From positions 17,360,001-17,424,000 of the forward strand of contig CM119379.1 in assembly GCA_051294905.1 (NCBI GenBank): 64,000 bases of DNA, given 5' to 3'. The DNA comes from Botryllus schlosseri (taxonomy: Eukaryota). The notes beneath the pieces are model-generated. The model was given only the letters and a program-made list of their open reading frames with translations. It searched no databases and was not told the DNA's origin. Below, piece by piece: positions 61,901-64,000 of this stretch. Position 1 is the first letter of the stretch. Every line of letters begins with the position of its first letter. The translations under genes and the position numbers were made by a program.

Positions 61901-64000
61901 TTCTCTTTGCCGCCCCAGTTCTGTTCAATGACAAAAACGCATGTTGAACGACAATACTTCAGAAAGAACGTTAAAATCATAAGACTTCGGTAATCATGAT
62001 GCTCGAGAGAACACAGAACCAATTTAGACCTCTTTAGTGCAATGCAAACCAATCCAAATCTTTATAATGTCATCAATACGCTGGTAATAACACAGATTAA
62101 TTCTCCACCCCGTAACATACATAGATACATTCAGAATTCAGACCCACAAATGGGACTAGGCCTAGCTAGGGTATAAAAAAAAGACAGGATAGGAGATGAT
62201 TCCAGTGAGCCCAAACTTCCAATAGACTAATTTGGATTAGGGTTTTTATCAACTGAATTCTAATTTCTGTCACACTCAGTGGTGAAATTGCAGCATAAGT
62301 AGCTTTCGTATCATCCGAACAGCAAACATATTTCCTCCTGTTAGATCCAAAATATTTCTCCAGAACAAAAGCAAACTTATCAAGCAATAGAACACTGCTG
62401 AAAATATGGCCTACGGTAACTGAACTTTAACTACACATCAATTCTTTCAGCGACCTCCATTCACAGCTTCAACAGAAACGCACCTCTGCCAAATATCCCA
62501 GTTTCTTCAGCAAAGGCAGCCTCTGCTTGTCAGACAAGCGGGAAAGAAAATTCGACCTCTTACTAAACACGTACAAAAGATTCAGAACGGAGAGAATGAT
62601 GTCCAAATCGGATGATGACAGCAAGGTAACGAGATGCTGAAAAAAAAGAAAAATTGAAGATTCGCACGGATCCTATTTCAGCTGACAATTTCATTAACAT
62701 AGTTGCAACAGCTCGCGCGATGCGTTCAAAGCTAAATCAGTGGCGAATTAAGGTTGCTAAGATAGCTATTGACGGCTGCTTACTGGCCCAATGGTCAATG
62801 ACACAACGATGGCTATGACACACACGATTGCGAAATTACCAGACTTAGTTCGCATAAAAAAAGTTTGTGATCCATAATACGGATAGAAACTCAGCACAAG
62901 TAATTTTAGAAGTCCAGCAAAAATTTAGGTTCAAAACTAGAGCATATTATGTCAGTCCGCGGAGTAGTTATTGAACAATGAACATGGTGGCCTGTAACAA
63001 TGTCAACACACTAATTTACCAATAGATTAACAATGAACGTATTGAATGGACATAGGATCGAATTGCGGTTCATGTGGCTCCTGCATTGCATTGTAGGCTG
63101 ACTCTGCAGGATTTTTCTTTTATCAGTAGGAAGTTCGAAGATTAGTGGATATCGTTTCCAAGTAGTCACATACCACCACATTTAGTCACTTCCCGAGCAC
63201 GTTCAACATTTGAGTAATGAACAAATCCTGATGTGGAAAGACTATCGAATAATATCATGCTCTCGCCATCCTCACCTCCATGGAATTGTAAAGATGCCTG
63301 GAAAAGCTGTACTCGATCAAGAGAGACGTGAAGTGAAGAACCGATAACGTTAGGTTTCGCAAGTGACTGTCCGTGTTTACAGACAGAGACCATTCTGAAC
63401 CAGTTGTCAAGGTCGCGGTCTGAAGAATGCCGTCAAACCTGCGCATACGAAATTGACATTCAATAATCGTACCAATCAATAATCGGCCTGGAGAAACAGA
63501 ATTGCACCTGAATGAACTTCAAATGACGCTTCTCATTGATTCCACTGATATCATTACACTCAACGGACCTTACTCAGTTGCTTTTATAGGTATTTGTTTC
63601 ACTGAAGCTCTGCCACACTAATATCATTGCCATACTTACGGCTCATCAACTGAATTAGATTCCAACTCTTCAATTGCAAGCAATATATAACACATCTATT
63701 TGCTTTGTTGTTGATTAGAAATACAAGCCGGCAACTGTATGCATTTCAAATGGAGGCACAACATGTTGCGAAGCACAAAAACGAAAAGGTGATTATTGAG
63801 TCACTTGGTTTTTGATTTTTTAACAAAATACATAGGCCTACTACTTTCATGTCATTGTACTAGTGTCAGATGCCATGGCCGTGTAATAACGACATGGAAC
63901 AAACTGCAAATAAGGATATTCTAACTAGGTCCAAGAGAGTAACAAAGAATAAAGTATCACTAAGTAGGCTACTGACTTGACCATTATCATGCACTTACCG
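20..64000 (-). CDS. HUWE1: E3 ubiquitin-protein ligase HUWE1 (Mule/ARF-BP1) orthologue; multi-exon, partial at both ends (first exons and HECT domain outside the window)
   Basis: Manually spliced exons in transcription order, all GT-AG with phases chaining without a break: 63999-64000 (partial), 63276-63438, 62484-62636, 61858-61920, 60696-60815, 60468-60636, 58506-58615, 58265-58442, 57301-57461, 56784-56931, 55973-56155, 55753-55906, 55560-55690, 54823-54970, 54676-54758, 54058-54112, 53936-53993, 53684-53860, 52809-52927, 51055-51196, 50931-50984, 50257-50347, 49357-49448, 49139-49278, 48058-48186, 44718-44840, 44256-44329, 43263-43423, 41827-41989, 41721-41766, 41207-41267, 37585-37839, 37007-37069, 36292-36404, 35552-35639, 35116-35241, 34781-34911, 32397-32600, 31449-31630, 30906-31074, 29851-30034, 29189-29378, 27360-27536, 27234-27301, 25964-26122, 24741-24804, 23502-23638, 23341-23436, 22092-22285, 20933-21134, 20738-20878, 20018-20150, 18845-18999, 18178-18346, 17214-17315, 16945-17149, 15528-15618, 15259-15391, 14346-14542, 13722-13809, 11414-11707, 10694-10808, 10038-10173, 8465-9428, 7706-7949, 6790-6911, 5704-5922, 2733-2898, 2122-2233, 1372-1498, 475-651, 219-331, 20-152. 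Recognisable HUWE1 peptides include [80 protein letters not shown] and [11 protein letters not shown]. Confidence 0.97.
4962..5130 (+). repeat. Degenerate tandem repeat, about 50-65 bp unit, three copies
   Basis: Recurring (TAGGCC)AGC(A/G)ATGATAT...GCC...GCAGATGC at about 4962, 5013 and 5078. Confidence 0.5.
7320..7532 (+). mobile_element. Short interspersed retroposon-like repeat, family A, copy 1
   Basis: Shares TGCTGGTGACGTCATATTTTGTGATACGATTGTTGATA...CAATTGTATA(T/C)TGAAGTTCTGTA with the copies at 16150-16335 and 36747-36925; flanked by the direct repeat CAAATTGCAT (7310-7319, 7533-7542). Confidence 0.7.
8465..10808 (-). CDS. HUWE1: HUWE1 three ubiquitin-binding motifs (UBM) and start of the C-terminal ARM region; includes the 964-nt exon
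   Basis: [19 protein letters not shown] (10694-10808), [21 protein letters not shown] (10038-10173), [75 protein letters not shown] and [11 protein letters not shown] (8465-9428). Confidence 0.96.
9590..9975. repeat. AATTAGA/TCTAATT-rich dispersed repeat; homologous copy in reverse orientation at about 31750-32100
   Basis: The reverse complement of 9890-9975 (AAAATTTTTTAGCTTTTCAAAATTGATTACAATTAGAA...) aligns by eye with 31760-31850 (AAAATTTTCAGCTTTTCAATTGGAATTAGAA...). Related AACTAGAACT fragments lie at about 12000-12025 and 29115-29150. Confidence 0.55.
11288..11352 (+). mobile_element. Left-end fragment of a Charlie/MER58-like hAT MITE
   Basis: CAGGGTCGGCCAACCTTTTTGGCAAAAGGGCCACA...GCGGGCCAC resembles the typical hAT-Charlie MITE 5' end; no right end or TSD seen. 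Confidence 0.5.
12760..12843 (-). ncRNA. let-7: pre-let-7 hairpin 4, divergent member (mature 5p about 12815-12836, UGAGGUAGUGGAAUAUGCAGUU)
   Basis: let-7 seed. The 3p arm AACUGUAUGAUUCACUCCUUC carries compensating changes opposite the altered GGAAU; loop has UGAU and GGGAGAUA; basal stem CUUGAA/UUCAAG. Confidence 0.88.
12897..12975 (-). ncRNA. let-7: pre-let-7 hairpin 3 (mature 5p about 12947-12968, UGAGGUAGUAGGUUAUAUCAGU)
   Basis: let-7 seed. Loop ends in GGAGAUA before the 3p arm ACUGGUAGUCCUACUAGCUUA, the same GGAGAUAACU layout as vertebrate pre-let-7a/f; basal stem GAUGUG/CACAUC. Confidence 0.93.
13225..13320 (-). ncRNA. let-7: pre-let-7 hairpin 2 (mature 5p about 13284-13305, UGAGGUAGUAGGUUAUGUAGUG)
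   Basis: let-7 seed. The 3p arm ACUGCGUAACCACUGACCUCC pairs almost completely; loop ends in GGGAGAU (Lin28-type GGAG); basal stem GCUGG/CCAGC. Confidence 0.93.
13564..13657 (-). ncRNA. let-7: pre-let-7 hairpin 1 (mature 5p about 13628-13649, UGAGGUAGUUGGUUAUGCAGUU)
   Basis: let-7 seed GAGGUAG. The 5p arm pairs with the 3p arm AGCUGCCUAACCUGCGAUCUC at 18 of 22 positions; basal stem GCUCUG/CAGAGC; large loop with an internal AUCAC/GUGAU hairpin. Same strand as HUWE1. Confidence 0.9.
13900..14270. repeat. AGTA/TACT-rich dispersed repeat family, probably hAT (Tol2-like) subterminal remnants; other copies at about 1541-1930, 6099-6340, 10560-10675, 35380-35490, 50420-50520 and 55180-55260
   Basis: Shared motifs TCAAGTAGAAGT, GTAGCTATGTT, TTAATCGGAGG, and the end GCAGTCAGCGTTGCTA (1546-1560, 6101-6116, reverse strand at about 10657-10672). 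Confidence 0.55.
14346..15391 (-). CDS. HUWE1: HUWE1 tower / coiled-coil exons (15259-15391, 14346-14542)
   Basis: [29 protein letters not shown]|[36 protein letters not shown]; compare human SIPTALTRWTEECKVLD..RDEELEERREK. Confidence 0.88.
16150..16335 (-). mobile_element. Short interspersed repeat, family A, copy 2 (opposite orientation to copy 1)
   Basis: Reverse complement of the 7354-7530 sequence with the same internal order; lies between degenerate GGTTAGG-like tracts. Confidence 0.7.
18178..20150 (-). CDS. HUWE1: HUWE1 Asp/Glu-rich disordered region (exons 20018-20150, 18845-18999, 18178-18346)
   Basis: Encodes [23 protein letters not shown] and [24 protein letters not shown]. The (CAT)n/(CGT)n runs on the + strand around 18273-18310 are this coding poly-Asp tract. 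Confidence 0.85.
23134..23260 (+). mobile_element. Possible degenerate tRNA-derived SINE head
   Basis: B-box-like GAGTTCAATCC at about 23180, with a weak A-box-like TAGCACCGTTAACGG about 45 nt upstream; no intact cloverleaf. Confidence 0.3.
23707..23793. mobile_element. Degenerate mini-MITE with CAGTGGTTCT-type ends
   Basis: Starts CAGTGGTTCTTCACC, has an internal CCACGGAAC/GTTCCGTGG hairpin, and ends in a degenerate AAGGTTAAGACACGCACT similar to the right TIR of the 38074-39939 element. A lone TTTGGGAACCACTG end also lies at about 16911-16924. Confidence 0.45.
26096..27254 (-). CDS. HUWE1: HUWE1 BH3-like motif split by a phase-0 intron (MALHLRK|AADDMNRRY)
   Basis: Exon 27234-27301 ends ATG GCG CTT CAT TTG AGA AAG|gtaagg; exon 25964-26122 begins GCC GCA GAC GAC ATG AAC CGC CGG TAC. 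The position matches the vertebrate HUWE1 BH3 (VGQLLQDMGDDVY). Confidence 0.7.
28024..28238. mobile_element. MITE with perfect 33-bp terminal inverted repeats, 215 bp
   Basis: CTTGCTTGCTAGGTGATTAAATCGTCAGGTTGC (28024-28056) is the exact reverse complement of 28206-28238; AT-rich interior; no convincing TSD. Confidence 0.8.
31449..32600 (-). CDS. HUWE1: HUWE1 WWE domain (two exons: 32397-32600 and 31449-31630)
   Basis: [34 protein letters not shown]|[27 protein letters not shown], with a phase-2 junction inside an Arg codon. Confidence 0.95.
34672..34750 (+). repeat. 19-bp minisatellite, about 4.2 copies of GGACACTGCAACACAATCA
   Basis: Copies start at 34672, 34691, 34710 and 34729 (18 bp, diverged), with a partial copy at 34747; about 30 nt from the donor of exon 34781-34911. 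Confidence 0.9.
35988..36208. mobile_element. TA-flanked MITE, Tc1/mariner-like, 221 bp
   Basis: Imperfect 29-bp TIRs (TCGTCGTAGTGGAATCAAGGTAGCGTATG versus reverse complement TTGTCGCTGTGGAATCGGAGTTGCGTATG); TA dinucleotides at 35986-35987 and 36209-36210. Confidence 0.65.
36747..36925. mobile_element. Short interspersed repeat, family A, copy 3, with an inverted 5' segment and a 14-bp TSD
   Basis: 36747-36888 is antisense and 36887-36925 is sense relative to copy 1; direct repeat CAAATTTAAATATA at 36733-36746 and 36926-36939. A further 3'-end fragment of the family lies at about 57533-57572. Confidence 0.75.
37216..37530 (+). repeat. Diverged direct repeat, about 52-bp core, two clear copies and one degenerate
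   Basis: TCAAAATTTCAATTATAGAATCTCACCAACTTTGAAGACT (about 37219) versus TCAAAATTCCAATTATAAAATCTCAACCACGTTGAGGACT (about 37481); weaker copy near 37370. Confidence 0.55.
37585..37839 (-). CDS. HUWE1: HUWE1 exon encoding the UBA domain and the adjacent UIM
   Basis: [31 protein letters not shown] (UBA with the MGF motif) followed directly by [15 protein letters not shown] (UIM). CAG acceptor at 37840-37842, GT donor at 37583-37584. Confidence 0.93.
38186..39425 (+). repeat. Three diverged tandem units of about 330-390 bp inside the hAT element
   Basis: Recurrent anchors: GGGCCGTAACAG (38186, 38529; degenerate near 38905), GCGAAGCGCGAAAAAT (about 38711, 39040), and TTATCCTCTC..CACGT..GATTTACC.GTAG.GCTGAG (about 38402, 38791, 39120). 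Confidence 0.8.
39171..39355. mobile_element. Nested hAT-type MITE, 185 bp, inside the 38074-39939 element
   Basis: 14-bp TIRs (CAATGTTCCCTCTA / TAGAGGGAACATTG); flanked by TGAGGTG on both sides (8-bp GTGAGGTG if the terminal G is shared); internal TGCGCA repeats; it interrupts the third internal repeat unit of the host element. Confidence 0.85.
43263..63438 (-). CDS. HUWE1: HUWE1 N-terminal armadillo-repeat solenoid exons (DUF908/DUF913 region, ARLD1-2)
   Basis: Exons encode [182 protein letters not shown] and [21 protein letters not shown], all colinear with human HUWE1 as recalled. Confidence 0.95.
48514..48964. mobile_element. Possible degenerate MITE with internal GGTCAAAA repeats
   Basis: Ends AGTAGGGCATT and AATCGCCCTACT are near-inverted; several (G)GTCAAAA motifs at 48860-48912; no clean TSD. 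Confidence 0.35.
59120..60344. mobile_element. Non-autonomous hAT-superfamily DNA transposon, 1,225 bp
   Basis: Perfect 12-bp TIRs (CAGTGTTGCCAA / TTGGCAACACTG); perfect 8-bp TSD CGATAGGA (59112-59119 and 60345-60352); dense subterminal TTTAGCG/TCTAGCG repeats at both ends; no transposase ORF. Confidence 0.92.

Noticed and set aside
1-64000. Remaining plus-strand and off-frame ORFs in the six-frame track
   Set aside because: They are antisense or alternative-frame shadows of GC-richer HUWE1 exons, or short chance ORFs in introns and repeats; none resembles a known protein, so no nested gene is called.

Overview
Eukaryotic genomic DNA, about 40% GC, with many 54-75 nt introns. It is most consistent with an invertebrate chordate (tunicate/ascidian-like); that assignment is an inference. 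The whole window lies inside one minus-strand gene, HUWE1 (HECT/UBA/WWE E3 ubiquitin ligase). I reconstructed 72 complete GT-AG exons with a continuous reading frame, about 3,596 codons. They run from the N-terminal ARM repeats through UBA-UIM, WWE, BH3, the acidic region, the tower, three UBMs and the pre-HECT/PIP-box segment. The first exon(s) and the HECT domain fall outside the window. The most notable non-coding feature is a sense-strand cluster of four let-7 microRNA hairpins in intron 11708-13721, mirroring the let-7f-2/miR-98 pair in vertebrate HUWE1. Introns also carry two intact non-autonomous hAT elements with perfect 8-bp TSDs (one with a nested MITE), several MITEs, and a short retroposon-like family, one copy of which has a twin-priming-type 5' inversion. 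There are no prokaryotic features, CRISPR arrays, rRNA or intact tRNA genes.
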